From an uncultured Verrucomicrobiae bacterium (lineage in GTDB: Bacteria > Verrucomicrobiota > Verrucomicrobiia > Chthoniobacterales > UBA10450): a stretch of 64,000 nt of DNA. Below, piece after piece: positions 21,317-32,900 of this stretch (position 1 is the stretch's first letter; the number at the start of each line of letters is the position of its first letter). A program made the position numbers and the translations under genes. The stretch is taken from positions 96,001 to 160,000 of the forward strand of contig CAVSDR010000005.1 in assembly GCA_963726745.1 (NCBI GenBank). The letters run 5' to 3'. Below the pieces are notes generated by a model. The model saw only the letters and a program-made list of their open reading frames with translations. It was not told where the DNA came from and did no database searches.

Positions 21317-23027
21317 CTACATCCGCTCCGGGACTTCGATGCCTAACAAGTCGAGACCGCGCTGGAGAATGCGGGCGGTGAGGTGGCAGAGGGCGAGGCG
21401 GGTGCTGCGGGCGGGCTCGTCGGCCTTGAGGACCGGGCAGGCTTCGTAGAAGCCGTGGAAGTGGTTGGCTAATTCGAAAAGGTAATTAGCCAGCACATTG
21501 GGGCGGAAGTCGTTCAGGACCGTAGGGACGATCTCGGCGAATTGGCAGAGCTTCTTCGCGAGGACGATCTCCGCGGGCTCGGCTAACGAGAGGTTGTCGG
21601 CTATTTTTTCCGCGGCGCCGGCTTTGCGGAAGATCGACTGGATGCGGACGTAGGCGTTTTGCAGGTAGGGCGCGGTGTTCCCCTGGAAGGAGAGCATCCG
21701 GTCCCACGAGAAAACATAGTCGGTCATCCGATACTGCGAGAGGTCGGCATACTTGACCGCGCCCAGGCCGATGATGCGCGCCACCGCCTCGCGCTCCGCC
21801 GCGGGCAGCTCGGGATTTTTCTCGTCGACGATTTTTTGCGCGCGCGCCATCGCCTCGTCGAGCACGTCCTGCAGGGCGACGTTTTCGCCACTGCGGGTCT
21901 TCATCAATTTGCGGTCGTCGCCGAGGATGCTGCCGTGGGTGATGTGGCGGAAATCGGCGGTGAAACCTTCGCGCCGGGCGATCTCGAAGATCTGCCGGAA
22001 GTGCAACTGCTGGGGCGCGCCGGTCACGATCCAGATGGTGTCGCGCGCGAGATCGTGAATGCGGTAGTCGACCGTGGCGATGTCGGTGGTGGCGTAGTTA
22101 TAGCCGCCGTCGCGCTTCTGGATGATCGCCGGTTTGTCGGCGAGTTCCGGGATGTCGCGGAAGAAAACGCAGGTGGCGCCTTCGCTTTCCTCGGCCAGGC
22201 CAGCAGCCTTCAAACGCGCAACCACCCCGGCGAGGCGGTCGTTAAAGAAACTCTCGCCGCGCTGCATGTCGTAGCGGATCCCGAGGAGGCGATAAGCGCG
22301 GGCAAATTCGCCTAACGAGAGGTTCACGCACTCCTGCCAGATGGCAAAATTTTCCGGGTCGCCAGCCTGCAGCTTGACCAGCTCCGCCTTGCAGGCTTCG
22401 CGCACTGCGGGGTCGGCCGTGCCGCGTTCGTTCGTCTCCTTGTAGATGCGGACGAGCTCGGCAATCGGAGCACGGGCGAGCGCCTCGCGATCCAACAAGT
22501 TCTTCCAGCCCCAGACGACCATGCCGAACTGCGTGCCCCAGTCGCCGATGTGGTTGTCGCGGATGACGTCGTGCCCGAGGAACTCGGCGATGCGCGCAAG
22601 CGTGTCGCCCAGGACGATCGAGCGGATATGGCCGATGTGCATCGGCTTGGCCACGTTGGGCGAGCCGAAGTCGATCACGATCTTTTTCGGATGACTCGTT
22701 AGGGCAACGCCCAGGCGGTCGTCGCGGAGGAGGGCGCTGGCTTTCGCGGCCACGGCTTCGGGTTGGAGGGTAAAGTTAACGAAGCCGGCACCGGCGATGG
22801 TGGGCGGGCCGCAAAGGTCGGTCGACGGCCAGGCATCGACGATCTGCTGGGCGAGGGCGCGGGGGTTTTGCCCCAGCTTCTTCGCGAGCACGAGGGCGAC
22901 GTTGCTCTGGTAATCGCCGAAGCGCGGATCAGTCGCCGAGCGCGACCTCGGCGGCGTCGGTGGGAAGCCCAGCGGCGGTGAGGGTGCCGGCTAATTTTTG
23001 CGCGAGCTGCGCCTGAAAAGTTTCCAC
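21317..23027 (-). CDS. argS: Arginine--tRNA ligase (frameshift near 22940)
   Basis: SPNVAKPMHIGH, NHIGDWGTQFG, MKTRSG, GNTAPYLQNAYVRI, ends VPERM. The upstream frame gives METFQAQL... joining DPRFGDYQSN. Confidence 0.95.
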
Positions 23028-23030
23028 CGC

Positions 23031-23495
23031 CTACTTCTGTGGGCGGTCGCGGAAGATCGCGAGGATTTCTTCGGACGACTTCGCCTGCGCGAGGCTCTCG
23101 CGGGTGGCGCGGTCGTTCAGGAACTTGGCGATCGAGGCGAGCGTGCGCAGGTGCGTCTGGAATTGATTCTTCGGGACGACGAAGAGGACGACAAATTTAA
23201 CCGGCGCATTGTCGAGCGCGTCGAACTCAATTCCGCGGGTGGAGCGGCCGAAGGAGGCGACGACCTGGTCGATCCGGTCGGACGAGGCGTGGGGAATGGC
23301 GATGCCGAAGCCGATCCCGGTGCTCATGGTTTCCTCGCGTTGCTTGAGCGAGGCGAGGATGCTCTCGCGGTCGTCGCCCTTGATTTTGTCGAGGCTAACG
23401 AGCAGATCGATCAGTTCGACGATGGCGGGCCAGCGTTCGGTGGCCTGCATCTCCGGAATGATCTGCTCGGCAGATAGTAGGCTCGCCAAAGACAT
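23031..23495 (-). CDS. ptsN: PTS IIA-like nitrogen regulatory protein
   Basis: REETMSTGIGFGIAIPHA, GIEFDALDNAPV, HLRTLASIA. Confidence 0.88.
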   Translation of the reverse strand: MSLASLLSAEQIIPEMQATERWPAIVELIDLLVSLDKIKGDDRESILASLKQREETMSTGIGFGIAIPHASSDRIDQVVASFGRSTRGIEFDALDNAPVKFVVLFVVPKNQFQTHLRTLASIAKFLNDRATRESLAQAKSSEEILAIFRDRPQK

Positions 23496-23640
23496 GCTTT
23501 CCCGGGTTCGGGAGCGCCAACCTTAGCGGTCGCTCCCCGGATGACAAGTTTGCATTTGGCAGAGGAAACGGAGCGGGAAAATGCAGCCGCGCCGAGGCCG
23601 GTGGCGAAAGCGCGGAGGCTGCGATAACCTCTGGGCCCGA

Positions 23641-24909
23641 ATGCAGCGCGTCGCTTATTTTCTCTGTGGTTTGCTCCTGGCGGCGCCGCTCGCCGGCCGC
23701 GCCCAGACGCTCTACAGCGTGCGCGATCTCGGAACGCTGGGCGGCAGCACGAGCGCCGGGAATGCGCTCAACGCCGCCGGCCAGGTCGTCGGCAATGCGG
23801 CGATCGCGGAAGACACGGCCACGAATGGATTCCTCTCCGGCGCGAATGGGGCGCTCCCGTTGCAGAATCTCGGGACGCTCGGCGGACTGGAGAGCTTTGC
23901 GCAGGGGATCAACTCCAGCGGGCAGGTGGTGGGGAGCTCGATTCTCGCGGACGGGATTTCCTATCGCGCTTTTTGGCGGCCGGCGACTGGTGGGGCGCTG
24001 GTGAACCTGGGGACGCTGGGCGGCTCGCAAAGCTACGCCTACGGAGTGAACGGCGCGGGTGAAGTGGCTGGCTATTCTTTCCTGAGCGGCAACGGCGTAG
24101 CGCGGGCCTTCCTGAGCGCGCCGGGCGGCGGCGCGCTCCGGGCCCTGGGCACGCTGCCGGGCGGGACGAGCAGCTACGGGGTGGGAGTAAATGCGAGCGG
24201 GCAGGTGACGGGTTACTCGGGAACAACCAGCGGCTTCAATCATGCGTTCCTGAGCGAGGCAAGCGGCGGAGCTTTACGCGATCTCGGGACGCTCGGCGGG
24301 CGCTACAGTTTCGGGATGGCGGTGAACAACGCCGGCCAGGTGACCGGACGGTCGGAGCTGGCCTCGGTGGGCCAGCACGCTTTCCGGAGCGCGCCGGAGG
24401 GCGGGCCGCTGCTCGACTTGGGGACGCTGGGCGGCTTCTCGTCCTACGGGCTCGGGATCAATCGCGACGGCGCGGTCGTCGGTTATTCCTACTTGAGCGA
24501 CAACAGCACGACGCAGGCGTTTCTCTACACGACCGCGGAAGGGATGGTGAATTTAAACAGCCGTTTGGCGCCGGGGAGCGGCTGGGTCTTGCAGGAAGCG
24601 CGCGCGATCAACGACGCCGGGCAAATCACCGGCGTGGGAAAAATCGCGGGCGCCACGCGCGCCTTTTTGCTCACGCCCTTGATCGCGGAGCTGCGGATCA
24701 CCGCGATCACCCGGCTAACCAATGGCTGGATCGTGGTCGAAGGCCGGGGTGGCCCGAACCAAGTCTACGGCGTGGAAGCGGCGGCGCGGCCGCTGGGGCC
24801 GTGGACGCGGCGGGGAGATCTGCAGGCGAACGGCGAGGGCGTGTTGTTGTTCGAAGATCAGGCCGCGTCGGCGTTCGCGCAGCGGTTCTACCGACTCGTC
24901 TCACCATAA
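23641..24909 (+). CDS. Secreted HAF-repeat (beta-propeller) protein with RFYR-type C-terminal domain
   Basis: Signal peptide; about 7 repeats of DLGTLGG..S.A..IN..GQV.G.....HAF; C-terminus ...FED.....QRFYRLVSP. Confidence 0.88.
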   Translation: MQRVAYFLCGLLLAAPLAGRAQTLYSVRDLGTLGGSTSAGNALNAAGQVVGNAAIAEDTATNGFLSGANGALPLQNLGTLGGLESFAQGINSSGQVVGSSILADGISYRAFWRPATGGALVNLGTLGGSQSYAYGVNGAGEVAGYSFLSGNGVARAFLSAPGGGALRALGTLPGGTSSYGVGVNASGQVTGYSGTTSGFNHAFLSEASGGALRDLGTLGGRYSFGMAVNNAGQVTGRSELASVGQHAFRSAPEGGPLLDLGTLGGFSSYGLGINRDGAVVGYSYLSDNSTTQAFLYTTAEGMVNLNSRLAPGSGWVLQEARAINDAGQITGVGKIAGATRAFLLTPLIAELRITAITRLTNGWIVVEGRGGPNQVYGVEAAARPLGPWTRRGDLQANGEGVLLFEDQAASAFAQRFYRLVSP

Positions 24910-25090
24910 AAAAGATTACGCGACAGAAGAAATAAGATTGACGCCCGGCGGCCGTTTCTCTTTTCTCCCGCTCGGCGCTCGCTTGCTGAAGCCGCTGCCA
25001 AAGAGGCTTTTGGGCGCTCGCAGTCTTCGGATTTGCCGGTTGCAACAGGGCCTCTTGCCCTCGGATCTCAATCAATCGGACCAAATAAAA

Positions 25091-25786
25091 ATGCTTAAAA
25101 GAATCGTCGCAAACCTCATCGCGGTCACCGCGAGCCTGGCTCTGGCCGGGATCGTCTCAGCCCAAAATTTCACGGAAATCGGCGATGCCGGCCAAACTTT
25201 GGGCACCGCCCAGGCAACCGCGGCCAGCCCGGCGGTCGCAGGTATGCCTCTGGCCAGCATCACCGGATCACTCTTCTCGATCGGCGATGCGGACATCTTT
25301 GCCATCTACATCAACAGCCCGTCGACGTTCTCAGCGACCACGGTGAATGCGGTTACGACCACCGCCAACACCGACACGGCGCTGTTTCTTTTCGATTCCA
25401 CCGGCAAGGCGATCTACGCGAATGATGACGCCGCCGGCGGTCTCAGTGTTGGCTCCTCGCTCCCAGCGAACAATCCGCTCGGGCCGCAGGTCGTGGGCGT
25501 TTATTATCTCGCGATCAGCCTTTCGGGGAACGAGCCGGTGAATTTCGCGTCGCAGCTCATGTTCATGATGCCGACGACTTCCACCGACCTTCGCGGGCCA
25601 AATTCGCAGGCCACCGGCGGGCTCTTCGCCTTCGACGCGAATGGCGTCAACGCCACCGTGGGCGGGAATTACCGGATCGACCTCACCGGCGCGCAGACCT
25701 CGGCGGTGCCGGAACCGAGCACGGTCGCCCTGGCCGTCTTCGGCGCCCTCGGCTTGATCTCGCTGGTTAAAAAGCGCCGCGCCTAG
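25091..25786 (+). CDS. DVUA0089-like (PPC-like) protein with PEP-CTERM
   Basis: Signal peptide; E.GDAGQ, DADIFAI, DTALFLFDSTG..IYANDD, G.YYLAIS; VPEPST-TM-KKRRA. Confidence 0.85.
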   Translation: MLKRIVANLIAVTASLALAGIVSAQNFTEIGDAGQTLGTAQATAASPAVAGMPLASITGSLFSIGDADIFAIYINSPSTFSATTVNAVTTTANTDTALFLFDSTGKAIYANDDAAGGLSVGSSLPANNPLGPQVVGVYYLAISLSGNEPVNFASQLMFMMPTTSTDLRGPNSQATGGLFAFDANGVNATVGGNYRIDLTGAQTSAVPEPSTVALAVFGALGLISLVKKRRA

Positions 25787-25856
25787 ACCGGCTGGAATCA
25801 CCCTACTTATTTCGCGCCCGAACTTTCGTCGTCACTCACTCCGTCATCCAATAAAT

Positions 25857-28800
25857 ATGAAATTGAGCTCCCATCTGCGGCCTTTCCTCAAAGGCACCCT
25901 GTGCACTGCACTTGTCCTGGCTTCCGCAGCCAGCCTTCTCTACGCCAAGCCCGTCCCGTCGAATCTCGGTTACGGCCTGGATAAGCTGGTCGAAAGCAAA
26001 CTCGCCATCCAGCAGGCTGCAGCGCGCGGGCCTCGCGCCTTGGCCGCGGCCACGCGTTACAACGGCTACGCTACCGAAGAAGCGGCCAGCTACGCCGCAG
26101 AGGCGATCACCGAAGAATCCACCGGACGCGTCACGGTGGACATCACCCTGCGCGGGACGCGCAGCATGGACGACGTGACCGCGCAATTAGCCGCGCAGGT
26201 CCCTTCCTTTAGCGTCGTCGCCCGCGATGGCAGCTATCGCGGCGTCGGCATTATCGAGGCCTGGATCTCGGTCGAAGACGTCGCCACGGTGGCCAAGATG
26301 GAAGGCGTGCGCGCGGTCTTTCTCGCGCTCAAACCCCAGCTCGACAGCGTGATCGCGATCGATCCGCAATCCTACTCGCCCACGCGCATCGTGCCTGCGT
26401 TGCGCGAAGTGGCCCGCGCGACCAAGACGGTCGAGCCTTACGTCACGCCCGGCCAGGTCTTGAAGAAGATCGGCACCACCTTCGACCAAGGTGTCACCCA
26501 ACATCGGGTCGACAAAATCAACCAGCTCTATAACCCGAGCGCGCCGGTCAATTACGACGGCACTGGTATCTCCATCGGCGCGCTCTCCGATAGCTACAAT
26601 ACCCGCACGCTCGCACCGCATGCGGACACCGGGGTGGCGAACTTCGACCTCCCGGGCGCGGTCGGAAATCCGATCAACTCCCAGCCCGTCGTCGTCCTGA
26701 AGGACCAGGCCACGGCCGGGACCGACGAAGGTCGCGGTATGTTGGAAATCGTGCACAAGATGGCACCACGCGCCCGCCTGGCCTACGCCACCGGCGTGGA
26801 CGGCGAAGTCGCCTTTGCGAACTACGTGCGCGCCCTCGCCGGCTTGCCCGGTTTCACCTTCGATCCATCGATTCAGCAGGGCTTCAAGGCCGACGTGATC
26901 GTTGATGACATCAGCTACGGCGGGGAACCCTTTTACGGCGAAAGCATCATCGGCGGCGGCATCGACGACGTGGCCGCAGCCGGCGTCTCCTATTTCTCTT
27001 CCGCGGGCAACAACATCGGCACGAACGCCTATGAATCCTTCCTCCGGATCATCCCGGCAGACAGCAATGCGCTCGTGGGGACAAACATCAACCTCACCGG
27101 TGTGCCCACGAACCTCTACGCCGGCGGCTTCCATAACTTCAACCCGAACCCCGGCCAACAAGACATCGCCGCGCTTTGGAATATGCCAACCGGTTCGCCC
27201 GGCGCGACCGAGATGCAGTGGGACGATCCCTACGACATTCGCGACCCCATCTTGAACCAACCCGCAATCTACTCGAACAGCGGCACGATCGACAACACCA
27301 CCACGACGGTGAATTTCAACGACATCCCGGTCTTCAATCAAGGCGTCGGCTATGTGATCAACACCAAGGGCACCAGTGGCGACATCGATACGGTCGTGAT
27401 GTTGATCGACCCCGATGGAAACACAGTCGTGAACCAGGATACCGGCGTGGACGAAACGGTTTACTTCTACGCTCCCCGCAGCGGGCAATACCGGATCACG
27501 GTCGGCCGTTACTCTACCACAATCGGCAGCTTCACGATCACGATCAATACCACTCAGACCCCGGCGTCCGTCACGACCGACCTGAACCTGCTCGTCTTCC
27601 GCGCTGACACCGGGGCGTATCTCGGGACGAAGTCGCTTACGACCGACAACCTGGCGAACAACCGCCCAGTGGAACTTGGCAGCAGCAGCACGGTTAGCTC
27701 GCCTACGGGTCAAACCCAACTGCAGTTCGTGATCGCCCGGGCGAACAACCCCACCGCGCCGCAATTGCCCACCCGGGTGCGCATTTCCACCCGTGGAAAT
27801 GGCGCTGCGGGCATCGGACCGGCAGAGTATTTCTCCTATAACGCGACCACGACCAAAGGGCACGCCACTGCCAAGGGTGGCAATGGCGTCGCGGCTTACT
27901 CGCCCTTCCGCCCGAATGTGCCGGAAAGCTTCACCTCGCCCGGACCGGCCACGATCCTGTTCGACAAGAATGCCAACCGCCTCGCCGTACCGGACATCCG
28001 CCTGAATCCGACGGTGGCCGCAATCGACGCCGCGAACACGTCGTTCTTCGGCAGCGACACGAACCGGGACATCGATGTGAACCCGAACTTCTCCGGCACC
28101 AGTGCCGCGGCACCGCACGCAGCGGCGCTGGCTGGTCTGGTCTTGCAGGCGAAGGGCGGCTCGGGCTCGGTCACTCCCACGCAGATGCGCACCATGTTGC
28201 AGCGGAGCGCTTTCCCGCATGATCTCGATCCCTCTTATGCCTCAGGCACCGCGCGTGCGACCAATGGCGGCAAGATCACGATCACGATCAACAGTGACAA
28301 CAGCGCGAACGTAAACACCGGCCGGAACGACCCGAACTCGATCGCGGTCTCCTACGTGGGGCCGGGGTCGCTCGCGAGCCTGACCTTTAACCCGAGCGGC
28401 ACCGCGACCGACGGCGGCAACGTCACCGGGGGCAACAATGGCTACACCGATGACGCCGGGACCACCCCGCCGAACGGAACCATCACCTACTTCGCGAATT
28501 ACTTCCCGGGTCTGGTCTTCCTGCCGGCGACGAAGGGCTTCACTCTCGGCAACCTCACCGGGTTGACCGCGGGCGACATCACCGCTCCGACGAACGCTTC
28601 GCCTTACACCGGTTTCAGCAATCTCGCGCCGGCGCCGGCCAACGGCACCTCGCAGTTCTGGACCATGTCGCTCGGTTTCCCGACGGGGAATTTCACCGGC
28701 GGCAAAGTTCTGCGCTTCACCGTGGGTCGCGGCACCGCGCACGGCCCGCAGGTCTCGAATAGCACTGGGCCGACGGGCGGCAGTGTGCTCGACTTCCCGT

Positions 28801-28997
28801 TAGCCGATCTCTTTGGCGGCGGCGTCTTCATCCCGGAAGGCACGGTGGTGCAGGACGGCATGAAGTTTAGCGGCACGATCACCGGCGGCGGCGTCTTTGA
28901 AGGCAACATCCGCAACCGCATCGGCAGCGGCTACACCCCAGTCGACGGCTACGGAGTGATCAACATCGAGTCGGCCGTGAACCAGCCTCTGCCCTAA
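25857..28997 (+). CDS. Secreted subtilase-superfamily peptidase, S53-like (DEGRxM type) with inserted PPC domain
   Basis: IGALSDS, TDEGRGMLEIVH, VIVDDISY, YFSSAGN, FSGTSAAAPH, C-terminal GYGVINIESAV. Confidence 0.88.
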   Translation: MKLSSHLRPFLKGTLCTALVLASAASLLYAKPVPSNLGYGLDKLVESKLAIQQAAARGPRALAAATRYNGYATEEAASYAAEAITEESTGRVTVDITLRGTRSMDDVTAQLAAQVPSFSVVARDGSYRGVGIIEAWISVEDVATVAKMEGVRAVFLALKPQLDSVIAIDPQSYSPTRIVPALREVARATKTVEPYVTPGQVLKKIGTTFDQGVTQHRVDKINQLYNPSAPVNYDGTGISIGALSDSYNTRTLAPHADTGVANFDLPGAVGNPINSQPVVVLKDQATAGTDEGRGMLEIVHKMAPRARLAYATGVDGEVAFANYVRALAGLPGFTFDPSIQQGFKADVIVDDISYGGEPFYGESIIGGGIDDVAAAGVSYFSSAGNNIGTNAYESFLRIIPADSNALVGTNINLTGVPTNLYAGGFHNFNPNPGQQDIAALWNMPTGSPGATEMQWDDPYDIRDPILNQPAIYSNSGTIDNTTTTVNFNDIPVFNQGVGYVINTKGTSGDIDTVVMLIDPDGNTVVNQDTGVDETVYFYAPRSGQYRITVGRYSTTIGSFTITINTTQTPASVTTDLNLLVFRADTGAYLGTKSLTTDNLANNRPVELGSSSTVSSPTGQTQLQFVIARANNPTAPQLPTRVRISTRGNGAAGIGPAEYFSYNATTTKGHATAKGGNGVAAYSPFRPNVPESFTSPGPATILFDKNANRLAVPDIRLNPTVAAIDAANTSFFGSDTNRDIDVNPNFSGTSAAAPHAAALAGLVLQAKGGSGSVTPTQMRTMLQRSAFPHDLDPSYASGTARATNGGKITITINSDNSANVNTGRNDPNSIAVSYVGPGSLASLTFNPSGTATDGGNVTGGNNGYTDDAGTTPPNGTITYFANYFPGLVFLPATKGFTLGNLTGLTAGDITAPTNASPYTGFSNLAPAPANGTSQFWTMSLGFPTGNFTGGKVLRFTVGRGTAHGPQVSNSTGPTGGSVLDFPLADLFGGGVFIPEGTVVQDGMKFSGTITGGGVFEGNIRNRIGSGYTPVDGYGVINIESAVNQPLP

Positions 28998-29020
28998 CGA
29001 GCGGAGCAACGAGCGATCTT

Positions 29021-29060
29021 GCGCGGCAGGCCGGGAAACTGGCCTGCCGCGTTTGTTTTT
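29021..29060 (+). terminator. Rho-independent terminator
   Basis: GCGCGGCAGGCC / GGCCTGCCGCGT stem followed by TTGTTTTT. Confidence 0.8.
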
Positions 29061-29243
29061 AGACAGCAAGTTGTCGCCCGCGCGCACCCGCGGGAGAGGA
29101 CCGGCGCGACGCGAGGGAACTCGTTTCGAGAGGGCGCGAATAATGATTGACCGCCCCGATCTCAATCCGCAGGATCGCCGCTCTTCTGGCTCGCGCTGAG
29201 CCCTTTCCAACCCAACGATCCCACCCCGCCCGCATCCCCGTCT

Positions 29244-29945
29244 ATGGACTCACTCCGTTTCATCCGCCCGTTTCTTGGCCTCGCCAGCTGCCTGGCTCTC
29301 TCCGCCTCCGCGCTCCAGGCGCAGACCTACACTGAAACCGGCGACGCCGGTCAATCGCTCCCCAGCGCCCAGGCCACGGGCACGAGCAGCGGCAATCCCC
29401 TAACGACCATCTTCGGGACGCTGTCGAATGGCTCGGATGCCGACCTGTTCCTGATCATGATCACCTCGCCGACGATGTTCTCGGCCACGACGAACAATTC
29501 CCTGACGATCGCTTCGGGCCTGGATACGGCGCTCTTCCTTCTCAATAGTTCCGGCGCCGCGATCTACACGAATGACGACGCCAATGGCACCACGCTGCAA
29601 TCGACCTTGCCCGCTGGGAGCAGCTTCACCATGTCGCTCAGCCCGGGAATTTATTACCTCGGCATCAGCATTACCGGGAACGAGCCGGTTAACCTGAACA
29701 ACCAACTCCTGTTCGCCGGCTATCCCGGCGGCGATTCCACCGCCGTGCGCGGGCCGGCTGCCGGCATCAGCCCCCAGACGCTTTCCTCCTTCAACGGCGC
29801 GAATTCCTTTTCGCAATCCGGCGCCTATCGGATCGACCTGACCGCGACCGCCTCCGCCGTGCCGGAGCCCTCGGCCGTGGTCTTGAGCGTGGCCGGGATT
29901 CTCCTGCTCGCGGTCTTCCTGCGCCTGCGTCGTCAATCGGCCTAA
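29244..29945 (+). CDS. DVUA0089-like protein with PEP-CTERM (paralog of 25091..25786)
   Basis: ETGDAGQ, DADLFLI, DTALFLLNSSG..IYTNDD, GNEPVN, YRIDLT; VPEPS-TM-RLRRQSA. Confidence 0.85.
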   Translation: MDSLRFIRPFLGLASCLALSASALQAQTYTETGDAGQSLPSAQATGTSSGNPLTTIFGTLSNGSDADLFLIMITSPTMFSATTNNSLTIASGLDTALFLLNSSGAAIYTNDDANGTTLQSTLPAGSSFTMSLSPGIYYLGISITGNEPVNLNNQLLFAGYPGGDSTAVRGPAAGISPQTLSSFNGANSFSQSGAYRIDLTATASAVPEPSAVVLSVAGILLLAVFLRLRRQSA

Positions 29946-29966
29946 GTCCCTCACCTCCTCACTCAC

Positions 29967-32900
29967 ATGACATTTACCACTCCTTCCTTCCTTTGCTCCA
30001 CCCGGGTGGCCACCGCGATTCTGTGCGCTGGCTGGCTCGGCTACGCCGCCCCCGCTGGGGCCAAACCGGTGCCGGAAAATCTCGGCTACGGCATGGATAA
30101 ACTGGTCGAAAGCGACCTCGCGCTTAAAGCGGGCAGGAACCAGCGCGGCCTGCGCTTGTTCAACGGCTACGCCACCCAGGAAGCGGCTAACTACGCCGCG
30201 CGCGCCATCGCCTCAGAGGATGGCCGCTTCATGATCGACATCACACTCACCGGAAAAGTACCGGTCGAGAAATTGCAGGAGATGTTGCGCGCTAAATTCC
30301 CGTCGTTCGAAGTGACCGCGGTCGATCCGAGCTATCGCAAGGTTGGCATCATCGAAGGCTGGATCGCTGTCGAGGAAGCGGCCGCGCTGGCCGAGACCGC
30401 TGGTATCCGCGCCGTTTTCCTGGCTCTGCAACCGCAGTTGCACCGTGCCGCTGCGACCGGCGAGGCGATCCCTGCGCGTGGCGCGGTCAACGCCCCGCCA
30501 TCGACCAACCTGGCTTTGCTCGGGACGAAATTTCTCCAGGGCGTGACCCAACATCGCGTCGACAAAATCAGTCAGATCTACAACCCCTCCGCGCCGGTGA
30601 ACTACGACGGCACCGGGATCACCGTGGGCGTCATGTCGGATAGCTTCAACCGCCGGGCGGCCAACACCGCGACCAGCCCGAACTACCAGACCAACGTCAA
30701 CAACTACGACCTGCCGGGCCACCCGAGTAACCCGATCAACACCAACCCGATCATCGTCCTTGAGGACACCGTCGAGGCCAACTCCGACGAAGGCCGCGGG
30801 ATGTGCGAGATCGTTTACAAGATGGCGCCAAAATCGAAGATCGGTTTTGCCACCGCTTTCACCGGCGAAGTCGGCTTTGCCAACAACATCCGCGCGCTCT
30901 CCGGCAAGTTCCCCTCGGTGCCGAACACGCTGCCTGATTTCAAGGCCGACGTGATCGTGGACGACGTGAGCTACGGCGGCGAGCCCGTCTTTGCCGATGG
31001 CGGCGTGGTCATGAACGGCGTCGACGACGTCGCGGCCGTGGGCGTTTCCTACTTCTCTTCGGCGGCGAATTCCTACGGCGTCTCGGTTTACAATTCCGAC
31101 CTGCGGATGGTCGCGAATGGCAGCGGCAACACGGCCGCGACCAATGCCGCGCTCGTCGGGACCAACATCGACCTCTCCGGCGTGCCGACGAATCTCTACC
31201 AAGGTGGCTTCCACAATTTCAACCCGACCGGCGGACTCGACGTGGCCTGCCTTTGGAACATCGGCACCGCTGCCGGCATCGCGACCGAAATGCAGTGGGA
31301 CGACCCCTACGACACCTCCACGCCGGTGGTCAATGAACCCCCGATCTACACCAACAGCGGCACGATCTCCGGCGCCACGCCGGTGACCTTTACCGACATT
31401 CCGAATCTCAGCGCCGGCACGAAATACATCATCACCGAGACAGCCACCGGCGGCGGATTGGATGGCATCGTCTCGATCATCGACGACGCCACCGGGACGG
31501 TGATTGTCGACCAGGACACCGGCACCGACGAGGTGGTGACCTTCTTCCCCCCGACGACGGCCAAATACAACATCTCCGTGCGTCGTTACGGAACGACCAC
31601 CGGGACGTTTGACCTCAAGATCAACACCGCCAGCGGTTCGCCCTCGCTCTCGACCGATCTGAACCTGCTCGTCTTCCGTGCCGACACTGGCGCCTACATT
31701 GGGTCCAGCTCGCTCACGAGCAACAACTACGCGAACAACCGCCCGGTCGAGCTCGGCACGGTCGTTCGCCCCACCGGCCAGACTCAGGTGCAGTTTGTGA
31801 TCGCTCGCTCGAGCAACCCGATCGGCCCGCGGGCCGCGACCCGGGTGCGTTGCGGGACCGATGCGAACAGCAACTCGAGCAATGCCCCGGCGGAATATTT
31901 TGACTACAACTCGGCGGTGACCAAGGGCCACTCGATCGCGGCCGGCTGCAACGGCGTCGCGGCTTACGATGTCTTCCGGCCGAATGTTCCGCAGAGCTTC
32001 ACCTCGGGCGGGCCGGCGTTGATCTTCTTCGATCGGAATCAGAACCTGCTGTCCGCTCCCGAAGTGCGTCTTCAGCCGCGAATGGCGGCGGCCAACGGCT
32101 CGAACAGCACTTGGACCGGCAGCGACTCCGCGAATGACATCGACACCGGGAACGGCCAGTTCTACGGCACCAGCGCGGCAGCGCCGCACGCGGCCGCAGT
32201 CGCCGCGCTCGTCCTCCAGGCCAAGGGCGGCCCGGGTTCGGTCACGCCGTTGCAGATGCGCACGATGTTGCAAAACACCGCCTTCCCGCATGATCTCGAT
32301 CCCTACCGCGCGAGCGGTGTGGCCCGCGCGACGAATGGCGGCAAAGTCACCGTGACCGTCCGGAGCGACACCACCGCGGTGCAGAATCGCGGCCGCAACG
32401 ATCCCGATTCCTTCTCCATCAGCTACGTGGGGCCGAGTGCGATCACGTCGTTTAAATTCAATCCGAGCGGCCTTGCGTCCGAAGGCGGCGGCGTGACCAG
32501 CGGGCAGAACGGCGTCGACGCGAGCAATAACTATTTCTCGACCGTGACCCCGGGGCTGTATTTCACCACCGCCACGGCCGGGGGAGCGTTTGCTTTCACG
32601 CCGGGCGCCAGCACCGGTCTTCTCGCGTCGGATGCCACGGCGGCCCTGAGCAATCCAGCGCCGGCACCGGCCACGGTCACGGCCAGCCAGGGATTCACCC
32701 TCACGCTGTACTTTCGTCGCGGATAGCTTCACCGGCGGCGATGTCTTTCGCTTCACCATCGGCCGCGCCCTGGCGCGCGGACCGAACGTAGCCGCCACCG
32801 GCGGCGCGGTCCTGGCGCATTACAGCGCGGACCTCTTCGGCGGCGGCGTGCTCATCCCAGAGGGGACGATCATCTCTGATGGCATGCGCTTTAGCGGCAC

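Noticed and set aside
21317..23027. argS and rho as pseudogenes
   Set aside because: They carry isolated single-base indels in otherwise intact housekeeping genes, best explained as sequencing error.
23720..24660. Regularly spaced CTCGGGACGCTCGGCGG-like DNA repeats as a CRISPR array
   Set aside because: They are degenerate, in-frame codons for the DLGTLGG of HAF repeats, and there are no cas genes.
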